A stretch of DNA of 28,815 bases, from IMG/VR virus record IMGVR_UViG_3300033068_001142, positions 176,262 to 205,076 of that record. One strand, 5' to 3'. Position 1 is the stretch's first letter, and the number at the start of each line of letters is the position of its first letter. The DNA comes from a virus. Taxonomy: Duplodnaviria; Heunggongvirae; Uroviricota; Caudoviricetes. Positions 6,996 through 16,212 of the stretch are shown piece by piece. Made by a program: the position numbers and the translations under genes. The notes below the pieces were generated by a model. The model had not been told where the DNA came from. It worked only from the letters and a program-made list of their open reading frames with translations, and did no database searches.

Positions 6996-7918
6996 GAGAT
7001 TAATTCCTTCATAGCTGTTGCTACTTCTCTGATTTCACGTTGGGCGTGTGAATCGAGTCTGAGCGAAAAGAAATTAGCTAAGTAAGATGGTTGGAATGCT
7101 CCCCAAATTTGGCTGTAAGCAGCTTGAGGGATAATTCGTCTTGCTTCTTCAGGCTTAACACCTTGAGCTAGTGCGGCTTGGTAGTGATCTAAGCATATAT
7201 CGATTATATTTTGAGTATTTAAATGTATGCTATAATCTTCAGCATAATCTTCTCCACCAAATACTGAAGTAACAGATTTCATCTTATCAGAGATATAGAA
7301 TTCAAATGGAACTTTAGATCCTGATACGTATCTTCGAGATAGTTCTTGCCAAGATGTTCTGTGTCTAACCATTTGAGAACGAGTTGGTAAATCGACTTTG
7401 AAGTTGAATACTTTGAAATGTTTTTCGATAATCTTACATTCGTCTTCAGTGTTGTAGATGTTAAGGTAAGTATCCTTAAGAGCTTTTTGTTTGTCCTCAG
7501 GTAATCGAGTTAGGTTGAAGTACTTAAGAACTACGTCTTCGTAATCAAATAACAGAGCTCGATAGTTTGTAAGGAAGTATGGTTTTCCATTCTCATAGAT
7601 TGTCTCACCGAATTTTCGGATATTAGATTCTTTAGCAACTAAAAGAGTTCTATGACTAGTATTAGTTTCATCTAATAAGATTGGAACGAATTCAAATGAT
7701 GACGACGGAAGACCTGCTGATTCAGCTGCTAAACGGTTGTAAAGAGATTCAGAACCGAAAGCTTTAGGGTTTGCATAACATACTGAAGCGATGTTTGTAA
7801 TAGCTTCGATACGAGATTGCATATTCATGTTTGCGTAAGCAAACTGAGGGTAGTATTCAACAAAACCGATTTGGTCGTTGTTAATGCTGATTTGTTTGAT
7901 AGGTTGGAATTTATCCAT
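6992..7918 (-). CDS. thyX: FAD-dependent thymidylate synthase
   Basis: QMVRHRTSWQELSRRY (RHRx7SxR), EEARRIIP, LRLDSHAQREIREVA. Confidence 0.93.
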   Translation of the reverse strand: MDKFQPIKQISINNDQIGFVEYYPQFAYANMNMQSRIEAITNIASVCYANPKAFGSESLYNRLAAESAGLPSSSFEFVPILLDETNTSHRTLLVAKESNIRKFGETIYENGKPYFLTNYRALLFDYEDVVLKYFNLTRLPEDKQKALKDTYLNIYNTEDECKIIEKHFKVFNFKVDLPTRSQMVRHRTSWQELSRRYVSGSKVPFEFYISDKMKSVTSVFGGEDYAEDYSIHLNTQNIIDICLDHYQAALAQGVKPEEARRIIPQAAYSQIWGAFQPSYLANFFSLRLDSHAQREIREVATAMKELIS

Positions 7919-8146
7919 TTAAGACTCCTTAATTAAATTTGATTACAATACATATAATTTCTATTAGTGCGTCGATATAATTCTACGACTACAATCCATC
8001 CGGCGCAATGCCTAAGATCAGTAGTATATATTAACTTTACGTCTTTTATCCTAATTTTCATTATATGTTTGTTTATTAACCGTGTTACTCGGTTTTAGTT
8101 TAAATATGTGTGTATATTTCCTATAATGTTAATACGGCCTATGAAA

Positions 8147-8218
8147 GTCAATAGTAGGGGACGATCCTACATTTACCGGCTCAGTTGCCGGGATCCTAAC
8201 CAGTTAGATGATATTGCT
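8147..8218 (-). ncRNA. Pseudo-tRNA (6-nt anticodon loop, atypical T loop)
   Basis: CAATA/TATTG, ATCT-AACTGGTT-AGGAT, CCGGC-AACTGA-GCCGG, GTAGG-ATCGTCC-CCTAC. Confidence 0.55.
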
Positions 8219-8387
8219 AACATAGTGTGTATTAATATTATTCTTGTATACTCAGCACAACTATCTAAAGATAGGTGTTTGGTTCGTCAGAGCATCTAAA
8301 GATAGCTGGACTGAATATAGAAGGGTGAGTCATAACGGAGACTCAGCCGAACGAAAAAACTTGTTTGATTGTTGTAGTTCCTAAAGT

Positions 8388-8472
8388 GTGCACAATGAGG
8401 GAGTCGAACCCTGCATTTCCTACGGAGCGACCGTGGTGTCCTACCCTTAGACGATTTTCATACGAGTTGCAC
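8388..8472 (-). ncRNA. Pseudo-tRNA (Glu/Asp-type D arm, intact T arm, displaced acceptor)
   Basis: CGTCTAAGGGTAGGAC, ACGG-TCGCT-CCGT, AGGG-TTCGACT-CCCT, GTGCA/TGCAC. Confidence 0.55.
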
Positions 8473-8486
8473 GTAATTTCCATGCT

Positions 8487-8722
8487 TACAGTTCCTAACC
8501 GCTAGAAGACATCAGCATAAAGTATATAGACCTTACAGAGTTTTGTAAAGTCTATTGGTTGTATGTGTTTCAGGAATTCCACCTGAATAAGTACCTTTCT
8601 TGTGCTGATGGTTGGATTTGAACCAACATCTATATAATAGAAAAGGTCAGCCAATGCACTTGACTACTGGACACTCCAGCTTCCGCAAACCTCTACACTC
8701 CTAGTGCATCTTTCTATCAGCA
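8487..8722 (-). ncRNA. tRNA-like RNA with T arm and acceptor; possible permuted (T-acceptor-D) fold
   Basis: GTTGG-TTCAAAT-CCAAC-CATCAGC can pair with upstream GCTGATA or downstream GCTGATG plus D arm TTCT-AGCGGTT-AGGA. Confidence 0.55.
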
Positions 8723-9088
8723 TAAACCTCAGATACTGCTGAGGTGCCATTCGACGACCGAGTTTAAAGGACATTCGCTTTCGCTAACTCTTTGACCTTA
8801 GTATACCTTAATTACTGATAGTGTAATCAGTAGTTTATTTTACCTAATCTATCAGTATAGGTTTTTCCTGTTATATTTGTTTGTAGCAGGACTCTTTTCT
8901 TTATTCTCTTGTTAAACCAGTTTTTGGTATCTAACCCATAAAAACTATCGTAAGGAATTACATATTCGTTTGATGATTTATATTTTTTAAGAGCTTTTTG
9001 TTTGATTGTGTTTAACTCTTCAGGTGAAGGGGTTAATGAATAGGATTGTGAATAATGTTGCTTGAATTGATGATATAATCATTTGTTA

Positions 9089-9292
9089 CTACTTCTTGTT
9101 TAAATAAAAAGAGACAATAGCTCCTAATCCTGCTATTATAGCTCCTGCTAGAAGTTTATTAGGGATTGCTGAGTTTACTGAATCTTTGATAGCTCGTTTA
9201 GCTGTTGTTCTAACTGTAGTTTTTGCTCCTAGAGTTACTGCAGACTTTCTTGGTCTACCTCTAGGTTTAACTACTGGAGTTATTGTTGGCAT
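9089..9292 (-). CDS. Small protein with AT-hook-like motif and C-terminal TM
   Basis: KPRGRPRK; hydrophobic C-terminus; AAGGA RBS. Confidence 0.7.
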   Translation of the reverse strand: MPTITPVVKPRGRPRKSAVTLGAKTTVRTTAKRAIKDSVNSAIPNKLLAGAIIAGLGAIVSFYLNKK

Positions 9293-9301
9293 AGGAAATC
9301 C

Positions 9302-11419
9302 TTATTCGATTTCTACACCAGCTGGTAATTTGATTCCAGCAATGAAATCGTTAACGAGTCCATCTAAGTTTAAAGCATCGATTGAATCGAATGCAGCACC
9401 TGCGATCATTAACTCAGAGATTTTCTCAAGTTTACTGTTTCCTGCTGCATATTGTTTTAAACCTAAAGCAACTACGTTAGCTAATACAACTGATGCTAAT
9501 GGAGAATCTGCATAACCTCTGATCATCATTGGTAATTTTGGTTTGATTAAGCTGATAGCTTGTTGGTTAATGATTTGACCTGCTTTGATTTCAGCTGCTG
9601 TAAATGCTGCTGCTTTGTTTTCTTGTACTAATTCTACTGCATTGTCTTTTAATGTTTTTGGCATTGGTTTTCCTTTTGTTTTGATTAATTCTGTTCTAGA
9701 AGATAATTCTCCTACACCTATTAATGTTTTAATTGAGTTATCTCCTACTTTGAATAGGGTAGTAACCTCAGGGCAGATTGGAGATTGAGTTATTGGAGCT
9801 ACTTCTGTTGATACTGAAGGAGCTTCTGTGTGTAATGTAAATACAGAGTAGATATGAGCTGCTGTAATATCTGAGCACCAAGGTGCTATTCTTCCAGTAG
9901 ATACTGTTTCTAATGTGTAACTATCTTTTGATGGATCTGCATGTCTTACTTTATATTTAGTTCCTGTTCTATAATTGTAGATTGCACCTACTAGAATTGG
10001 AGGGTATGAAGCTGATTTGTTAATTGGTTCTATTGCTTTTGATATGATTCCAGATTTAGCTTCTTTGTACGCTTTTAAATATTTTGTTACTAAACTACCA
10101 TCAGCTGAACATTTACATTTCATATAATGTTTACTCCAGAATGAGTGTCCTTGAGGTGTTCTATCCCAATTGAACATACTATTAAAATATATATCCCTTC
10201 CTGAATGATAAGGGTAGACTTCATATAATCCATTGTCATTCTCAATAGCTTTAAGTATTTCTTCACCAAGATGGTTTTCATGAATATATGTAATAAATTC
10301 ATTACCCGTTGGTATTGGTTTAGATAAGAATTGTTCTAACGCTGTAGATGGGTTAGGCATAGAATCTTGACATTGTTTTAAATATTCATTTAGCAAAGAT
10401 GCAGGGATATCTTGCATATGGTTTGTTTTCTTTCTATGATCTTCCCAGAATTTATGACCTTGTGGGGTTTGACTCCAAGTTAGTAATGAATCTAAATGCC
10501 AATTACCATCTGGTACTGGAAATTTCTTACAATAGCGAACAATTCCTAAACATTTGAGAAGTTCTTTACCTAAATCATTAGCAATATAATAGTTTAACTG
10601 CTCATTTGTTGAAGGCGGGAATTTCTTAGGTGTAGGTTTATTCTCATAAATGAATTTACCAGCATTGTGCATTTTTAAGAAACTCTCAGGAGTTACTATT
10701 GTTTTAGTAGGTATTGTTGTAACGTATGACCAAGTACCGTTATAGAAAAATATACCTGTATTTTTTAAATCAATAGTAGGATATTTTCCTGTAGTTTCGT
10801 GAAGAGTTTCCCCATTAGCTGCAAGTAATTCTAATATTTTTAGTTTATCTTCCGTAGTGTTAGAAGTATCGATTGCATAGTCACGAGGATTAGTTGAAAG
10901 TAATAAATGAGCTACAGCTTTTAAGAATTCTGATGGTTTTAAAGGTTTTTTTGTTCCCATTCCATCATGTGTTTCCCATTTACTACCATTAAATCTAAAA
11001 TAATAATCTTGTATTTTTCTATCTTCAGTAAACATTGTATTGTTTACACCAATTGTCTTTTCTCCTAATTTTTGAAGAGCTAGTACAACTTGTTCTCTAA
11101 GTGATTTAGATTCTACTCTTTGAATAGCATAGTCTCTTATATTGTCTTTTGTAATTGTTACAGATGTTGCCATTTGTATAAATTCCTTTGGTGTAACTGT
11201 TATCTTACTAGGGATTGGTGAACATAATGAGTAATAAGTACCATCTAAGTAAAGAATATCATCTTTAAAGATATAATCAATCGGTTCCTTTTTAAAGGAA
11301 GTAGCTCCTACTTTTTGTCCTAAAGATTCAAGTATTCTACATACTTCTAGTCTGTCTTCCTGAGTTGAACCAATATGAGAGATTTGATAATCAGTTACGT
11401 TGTCTTTGTTTATTGTCAT
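9302..11419 (-). CDS. Hypothetical 705-aa internally repeated protein; probable internal start at 9664
   Basis: Three DY(A/Q)I...(T/K)P.(E/S)F units and two YI...LG.E.LK...W..TPQGH.FW..H units. Confidence 0.8.
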   Translation of the reverse strand: MTINKDNVTDYQISHIGSTQEDRLEVCRILESLGQKVGATSFKKEPIDYIFKDDILYLDGTYYSLCSPIPSKITVTPKEFIQMATSVTITKDNIRDYAIQRVESKSLREQVVLALQKLGEKTIGVNNTMFTEDRKIQDYYFRFNGSKWETHDGMGTKKPLKPSEFLKAVAHLLLSTNPRDYAIDTSNTTEDKLKILELLAANGETLHETTGKYPTIDLKNTGIFFYNGTWSYVTTIPTKTIVTPESFLKMHNAGKFIYENKPTPKKFPPSTNEQLNYYIANDLGKELLKCLGIVRYCKKFPVPDGNWHLDSLLTWSQTPQGHKFWEDHRKKTNHMQDIPASLLNEYLKQCQDSMPNPSTALEQFLSKPIPTGNEFITYIHENHLGEEILKAIENDNGLYEVYPYHSGRDIYFNSMFNWDRTPQGHSFWSKHYMKCKCSADGSLVTKYLKAYKEAKSGIISKAIEPINKSASYPPILVGAIYNYRTGTKYKVRHADPSKDSYTLETVSTGRIAPWCSDITAAHIYSVFTLHTEAPSVSTEVAPITQSPICPEVTTLFKVGDNSIKTLIGVGELSSRTELIKTKGKPMPKTLKDNAVELVQENKAAAFTAAEIKAGQIINQQAISLIKPKLPMMIRGYADSPLASVVLANVVALGLKQYAAGNSKLEKISELMIAGAAFDSIDALNLDGLVNDFIAGIKLPAGVEIE

Positions 11420-11586
11420 CTAAGTCCTTTCGTTCTGAATAGAATTTCTTCTGGCTCAAGCCAGTTATGGTTATAATAGATTTCAAATTCCCAATAACCT
11501 TTAGAATTAATATATTTGAATCTGATATCTCCTTCATAAAAGAATGATAAGATGGTTGCATATAGTTTTGAAATAAATAGTCTCAT
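11416..11586 (-). CDS. Hypothetical 56-aa protein
   Basis: MRLFISKLY...KGLR*; ATGA overlaps at both ends. Confidence 0.6.
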   Translation of the reverse strand: MRLFISKLYATILSFFYEGDIRFKYINSKGYWEFEIYYNHNWLEPEEILFRTKGLR

Positions 11587-12197
11587 TGTTCGTCTTTAAG
11601 TCTTTTTAATATGTATTGTCGAAGGTATAGTGTATGTTTTACTAACCATTCGTATTTCTTTGATTCGATGCCTTTGTAATTCTTAACAGCTTTCGTATTA
11701 GAACCAGTTTGGTCTAAATAGAAGTTGTAGATTGCGATACAGGCTTCGATTGAATTAGGTTTGATACCTAAGTCGTGAAGATAATCATCCCAGAGTGGCA
11801 TAACACCACATATTCCACGAGCTGCAGAACGATGGTTAGCGTAGTAGTTCCACTCTGATTCAGTCCAACCTAAAGCTAATCCCGTGGCTTGGTCTTCAAG
11901 TGAGTATTGTTTCCGAAGATCTTCCTTTAGTCCAGAGAGTTTCTGGAAATAATTTGCTTTGTTCTCTACTTCATCATACGATTTGTTTAAGCTGATTAAA
12001 GCTTCATGTAATGATGTGTTAGTTGAATCTAGTTCAACTACAAGAGTCTTGGCTTGAAAGTAATCAGCTTTGAGCTGAATAAGTTCGGTTTGAAGTTTGT
12101 AGTTAGAGTGAATCCACATAGATAAGCCTATGATGATTATATAGATTCCTCCAACAGCAGTGAGATCTGCTTTCAAATCAGGGTTAAATGGTTTCAT
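11583..12197 (-). CDS. Membrane-anchored lytic transglycosylase (SLT-like)
   Basis: TM plus coiled coil, then WTESEWN...SAARGICGVMP...AVKNYKG (lysozyme-like motifs). Confidence 0.65.
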   Translation of the reverse strand: MKPFNPDLKADLTAVGGIYIIIIGLSMWIHSNYKLQTELIQLKADYFQAKTLVVELDSTNTSLHEALISLNKSYDEVENKANYFQKLSGLKEDLRKQYSLEDQATGLALGWTESEWNYYANHRSAARGICGVMPLWDDYLHDLGIKPNSIEACIAIYNFYLDQTGSNTKAVKNYKGIESKKYEWLVKHTLYLRQYILKRLKDEQ

Positions 12198-12206
12198 TTG
12201 AACCTC

Positions 12207-12416
12207 CTAAAAAGGTAATTGTATAGACTTAGCCTTTTCTAAAACTTTAGTTAAAGTATCAAAGTTAGCTTTAGCTATAGCTTCTTCAACTACAGAGTTA
12301 TGCTCAAAGCATCCGTTGGTTAAAGCAGTTTTAGCGAGTCTAAGTTCAGTCTCCAGATACGCCGTCAGTTGCTGAATTTTCTTGATTTTCTTCTTGTTTT
12401 TCTTCTTCTTTGGCAT
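12207..12416 (-). CDS. Hypothetical protein (likely start 12416)
   Basis: AAGGAGACAACA-ATG. Confidence 0.65.
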   Translation of the reverse strand: MPKKKKNKKKIKKIQQLTAYLETELRLAKTALTNGCFEHNSVVEEAIAKANFDTLTKVLEKAKSIQLPF

Positions 12417-12612
12417 TGTTGTCTCCTTCGATAATGATTTGTTCGGCACCTATCTTAGATATAGTAACTAAGTAACAATCTCCAGGTTTGATAACTGAGT
12501 TAGTCATGTCTACTAGAGTTAGTAGGTTATCTGGTGTAGATAGTCGTGTACTATGATCTTGGAGTATAGGCGAACCAGTTGCTGCGAATTGTTTGATAAT
12601 GAATGATGACAT
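12346..12612 (-). CDS. Hypothetical protein
   Basis: ORF directly after the DUF3307 gene; overlaps the next gene by 71 nt. Confidence 0.55.
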   Translation of the reverse strand: MSSFIIKQFAATGSPILQDHSTRLSTPDNLLTLVDMTNSVIKPGDCYLVTISKIGAEQIIIEGDNNAKEEEKQEENQENSATDGVSGD

Positions 12613-12613
12613 A

Positions 12614-12994
12614 TTAACCTCTAGTTATAATGATATAGATGATGAAGTAATGAGTTAAATGATGTACCATTCGGGCGATACCTACCATATTCCAGAACAT
12701 AGATTGATTTGGATTCCATCTACCTAATAAGTCTGGAGAGGCTTTGATTCTATCCATAATGAAATGGATAAAGAAATCAATGAGTGTAACAAGTACTATA
12801 ATGTATAGAGAGTCAACAAACATAGTAGTTATAATAGCTGTCATAAATGCATGAACTGCAGCATGTGCTGATAATGGAAGAATCCAGTTGTCTTCCTTGA
12901 ATTTGCCAAGCATGTATTGAGTTTGTAATGGGAAATCAGCAGCGAAGTGCTTGATTTGGAACAGTACTAGTAATATGAATAGTGTTTCGAACAT
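12614..12994 (-). CDS. DUF3307-family membrane protein
   Basis: KHFAADFPLQ, H...H, HFIMD motifs. Confidence 0.8.
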   Translation of the reverse strand: MFETLFILLVLFQIKHFAADFPLQTQYMLGKFKEDNWILPLSAHAAVHAFMTAIITTMFVDSLYIIVLVTLIDFFIHFIMDRIKASPDLLGRWNPNQSMFWNMVGIARMVHHLTHYFIIYIIITRG

Positions 12995-13015
12995 TGTTAA
13001 TCCTTAATTAAGATA

Positions 13016-13031
13016 GAGGGATTGCTCCCTC
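13016..13031 (-). terminator. GCAA-tetraloop hairpin after the AAA gene
   Basis: AGAGGGA-GCAA-TCCCTCT; weak U tract. Confidence 0.45.
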
Positions 13032-14261
13032 TTAAAATAGTCCACCGTAGTTGTAAACTGGTCTGATTTCTTTCCATTCTCCAACGATTGAAGCATACTC
13101 AAGTAAGTATAGGTATTTGCCATCCTTAACTGCTTTCGGTCTGTCTTTTCTGAGTTGGAATGTCATTTTATAATCAGAAGTTAATAAATCGAATTTAAAG
13201 TTTGGATCATACTCAGGGTTTGATTCACCATCTTCCCAAGTTTTAGATGTATAATATTTGATTTCTGAAGCTTTATCTTCTTTAGTCATCATGTAAACAT
13301 ATTGCCCGTTAACTATGATATCGTCAATACCTTTAGTTTTACCTGCATCTGATAATTCGATTTTCTCTGGAATAAATTCGTATTTAGTGAATGATGAAGA
13401 TGTTGTAACATTAAGTCTTTCAACGATGTCTTTTAAGTCAGTCTCAGGGTATCTTAAATGTTCATCAATTAATGCTTTTAAGATGTCCATAGACATACCA
13501 TCAATGTCAGTTGAGTAATGTAACATTTGAGCTTTAGCTTCGTCTTTGATACCGTTTGCATCTAATACTTCTTCAACAACTTCTAAAGCTAATGCTCCAT
13601 AGTTGAATTTGTATAGGATTCTTCCTGGTCTTCCTAATAGGAATGAATTGATGTTGTACTCATCGTTCTCAGTTAAAAGGATTAATCTTTTTGTACTTTT
13701 AGTCCCATCGAATAGAGTTAATAAGTCGTTTTGAGCATTCTTATCGTTGTCATATAATTTAGCGAATTCATCAAAGATTAAACAACAATTACCTAAGTGA
13801 GCTAAGAATGAGTTAAATCCTGCACCTGAATAACCAGCTGGGATTAAAATTACTGGAATACCATCAGCAACTAACTTGCTTGAAATGATTGATGTTAATA
13901 ATGTTTTACCTGAACCTTTGTTACCGATGCATAATACACCTGTTGATACTGATCTGTCTTTGTAAGTGTTGATGATTAAATCAGCTCTTTCAACTACGTT
14001 ACCGTATAGTTCTGAAGGAATTTTAGGTGTGTGTTCTACTTCTAAGTAGTAACCTGACATCATACTAAACCTAAGTGTATATACACCTGGTCTTAGATGA
14101 TCTGTTGTGCTTGTTGGGTCAATCTGAGAGATTTGAACCATACCATTGAATGTAGTAAACTGAGTTACTAAACCACTTGCTTGATCAATAGCGTTTGCTA
14201 GTGGATCTGATTCGTTACCATCGTGTTGAGTTTGTGCTGAAAGTTTAGTTGGGTTTGACAT
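13032..14261 (-). CDS. AAA+ ATPase (likely start 14261)
   Basis: Walker A GNKGSGKT, Walker B LIFDE, arginine finger RPGR; AAAGGA RBS. Confidence 0.88.
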   Translation of the reverse strand: MSNPTKLSAQTQHDGNESDPLANAIDQASGLVTQFTTFNGMVQISQIDPTSTTDHLRPGVYTLRFSMMSGYYLEVEHTPKIPSELYGNVVERADLIINTYKDRSVSTGVLCIGNKGSGKTLLTSIISSKLVADGIPVILIPAGYSGAGFNSFLAHLGNCCLIFDEFAKLYDNDKNAQNDLLTLFDGTKSTKRLILLTENDEYNINSFLLGRPGRILYKFNYGALALEVVEEVLDANGIKDEAKAQMLHYSTDIDGMSMDILKALIDEHLRYPETDLKDIVERLNVTTSSSFTKYEFIPEKIELSDAGKTKGIDDIIVNGQYVYMMTKEDKASEIKYYTSKTWEDGESNPEYDPNFKFDLLTSDYKMTFQLRKDRPKAVKDGKYLYLLEYASIVGEWKEIRPVYNYGGLF

Positions 14262-14286
14262 TTTGTTTTTTCCTTTTGTTTGTGGT

Positions 14287-15309
14287 TTATAATGAGAATT
14301 TGTTTTCTGATACTGAGAATTTAATCTCTGCTGCAAATCTGTATTTTATTTTTGGTGCTTCTTCTTGATAAATTATGAGCCCATTTTTGATAAAGATTTG
14401 AATTTTGTTTGACATAAATAAGTCAACTTGTTTAGTTGAGTTTAAATTGTCATTTGTTAAATGAGCTTCAATCCATTGATATGGACATACACCACCGTTA
14501 GCTTGAACTGCGTTTTGATAGTTGTCGTATTCTTTTTGGAATTCATAAACTCTAACTGCATCCTCAACAGTCATTGAGTTAGCTGGATTTTTAGTTATAT
14601 CTCGTAATGTTTCAAACATACCTCTAAGTTTTAAGTTGAAACCTAAACTTAATTTTAAAGGAATACCCGTTTCGAGATATGAATATAATCTAATTAATTC
14701 TCTTTTCAACATATCTTGAATGAATGGCCTTGGATCTTTAATGTCTGCAAAGTATGCTTGATGAATCATTTCTTTAATATTTGCTTGACCATTAACTACA
14801 TTAAGTGTTAAGAATTTTGGTTTAGCTGGTTTAGCAAAAGCCCTAGCTTTTAACATTGTGTCTATCATAATTGATGTACCATATCTTCTTGATGGCATAG
14901 CCATTGCTAACATTTCTTCAAATGCTTTTACTTTTAAACTGTTCATTGTAATTCCTTTTTCTTTTTGTGTTATTTTTTCTGTTGTAGATGTAACTTCCTG
15001 TTTTAAACTTTTGTCCCAAACTAAAAAGAAATCATTTAGGTTAGGAGTTCCTTGACTAAAAATTTGAACTGCTCTACAGATATTACGAGGTTTGTATACT
15101 TTAATAATAGCTATACCTTTTTTTCTTGTATTATCAAACCAAGTAAAATCATCGTTAAAGTTTTTAATTCCTGTTCTATTTGAACTACTGAAGATTAAAT
15201 TTCCTTGGTCCTCATTAGCCATTTTCTCGCAAGTATCTTTAACTACCATTGAGTATTGTCCATTTGCATGTAGACAAACATGTCCTGTTTTTAAATCACT
15301 TGGTGTCAT
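14287..15309 (-). CDS. Hypothetical protein; probable internal start at 14946
   Basis: Long ORF; internal AAAGGAATTACA-ATG in frame. Confidence 0.75.
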   Translation of the reverse strand: MTPSDLKTGHVCLHANGQYSMVVKDTCEKMANEDQGNLIFSSSNRTGIKNFNDDFTWFDNTRKKGIAIIKVYKPRNICRAVQIFSQGTPNLNDFFLVWDKSLKQEVTSTTEKITQKEKGITMNSLKVKAFEEMLAMAMPSRRYGTSIMIDTMLKARAFAKPAKPKFLTLNVVNGQANIKEMIHQAYFADIKDPRPFIQDMLKRELIRLYSYLETGIPLKLSLGFNLKLRGMFETLRDITKNPANSMTVEDAVRVYEFQKEYDNYQNAVQANGGVCPYQWIEAHLTNDNLNSTKQVDLFMSNKIQIFIKNGLIIYQEEAPKIKYRFAAEIKFSVSENKFSL

Positions 15310-15622
15310 TTAAGTCCTTTAATTTAATTTTAAGTTCATTAATTTGATTTTTAATGAATCGTTTCTTTTGTTTTTCTTTATCTAAGTTTTCTTGAATAGT
15401 TTGTTTACTTTTAAGTAAAATTTGTAATAATTTTTCGTAAGCTTCTTTCATTGTATATAATGTCCAGAAAGATTCATTATTGATTTCTTTGCAATGGAAT
15501 TGATAACAAGATGTTCCATGGTAAGATATATCTTCGATTGAACTTACTGTAACTGGTACTGCTTTAAACTCATGTATTACAAATCCAGTTTGTCCTTTTT
15601 TCACGTTGCTTGCATCTATCAT
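15296..15622 (-). CDS. Hypothetical protein with C-terminal coiled coil
   Basis: ORF within operon. Confidence 0.7.
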   Translation of the reverse strand: MIDASNVKKGQTGFVIHEFKAVPVTVSSIEDISYHGTSCYQFHCKEINNESFWTLYTMKEAYEKLLQILLKSKQTIQENLDKEKQKKRFIKNQINELKIKLKDLNDTK

Positions 15623-15721
15623 TAGAACTCCACTTGACCTGAATTAAGTAGTACTACTAGCTTGATAGCATTAGATTTTGACATATAAATAGTATTTAAT
15701 TTAGTTTGCATGGGTTGTCCT

Positions 15722-15964
15722 TTAGTTAGCAAAATTATCAAAAATTTCTCGAGTTTTACAAGCTTCTAGTCTAACTACAAATCTAGTATAACCTTCTTGA
15801 GATATTTTGATACTTGAATTAGTTGGTTTTGCATAAGCAATACATTCTGAAGAGTATTCTGATGATGTGATAGCTTCTTCAGCTAAGTCGTTATAAGACT
15901 TCATAAATGAATCATTACATGCTGTAAAGAATATAGCTGTAATTATTGGTAGTAGTATTTTCAT
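15722..15964 (-). CDS. Putative lipoprotein
   Basis: MKILLPIITAIFFTAC lipobox. Confidence 0.72.
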   Translation of the reverse strand: MKILLPIITAIFFTACNDSFMKSYNDLAEEAITSSEYSSECIAYAKPTNSSIKISQEGYTRFVVRLEACKTREIFDNFAN

Positions 15965-15983
15965 TGATTTTCCTTAATTAAAT

Positions 15984-16211
15984 TTATCCACCAGATGAAT
16001 GGTAAGATGATGATGATGAAGAGTGTAGAGGCATAAAGAAACCTGAACTTGTGGATTTTGTAGATTGCCTACATTCATCTAGCTTAGATGGAATGTTTTC
16101 AAATTCAAGACATTTATCGTCTTGATTGTTATCACATCCTGTAAGTCCAGTAATTAAGAATAATCCTAATCCTGAGGCTGTTAGAACTTCAGAGAGTTTA
16201 CGGATGTGCAT
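15984..16211 (-). CDS. Putative lipoprotein resembling the Campylobacterota UPF0323-type N-terminus and Ser-rich tail
   Basis: HIRKLS...GLG...TGLTGC lipobox; SSGFF...SSSS..GG tail. Confidence 0.65.
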   Translation of the reverse strand: MHIRKLSEVLTASGLGLFLITGLTGCDNNQDDKCLEFENIPSKLDECRQSTKSTSSGFFMPLHSSSSSSYHSSGG

Positions 16212-16212
16212 T

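Noticed and set aside
8230-8360. Hammerhead ribozyme suggested by CTGACGA
   Set aside because: No stem II followed by GAAA in the required position.
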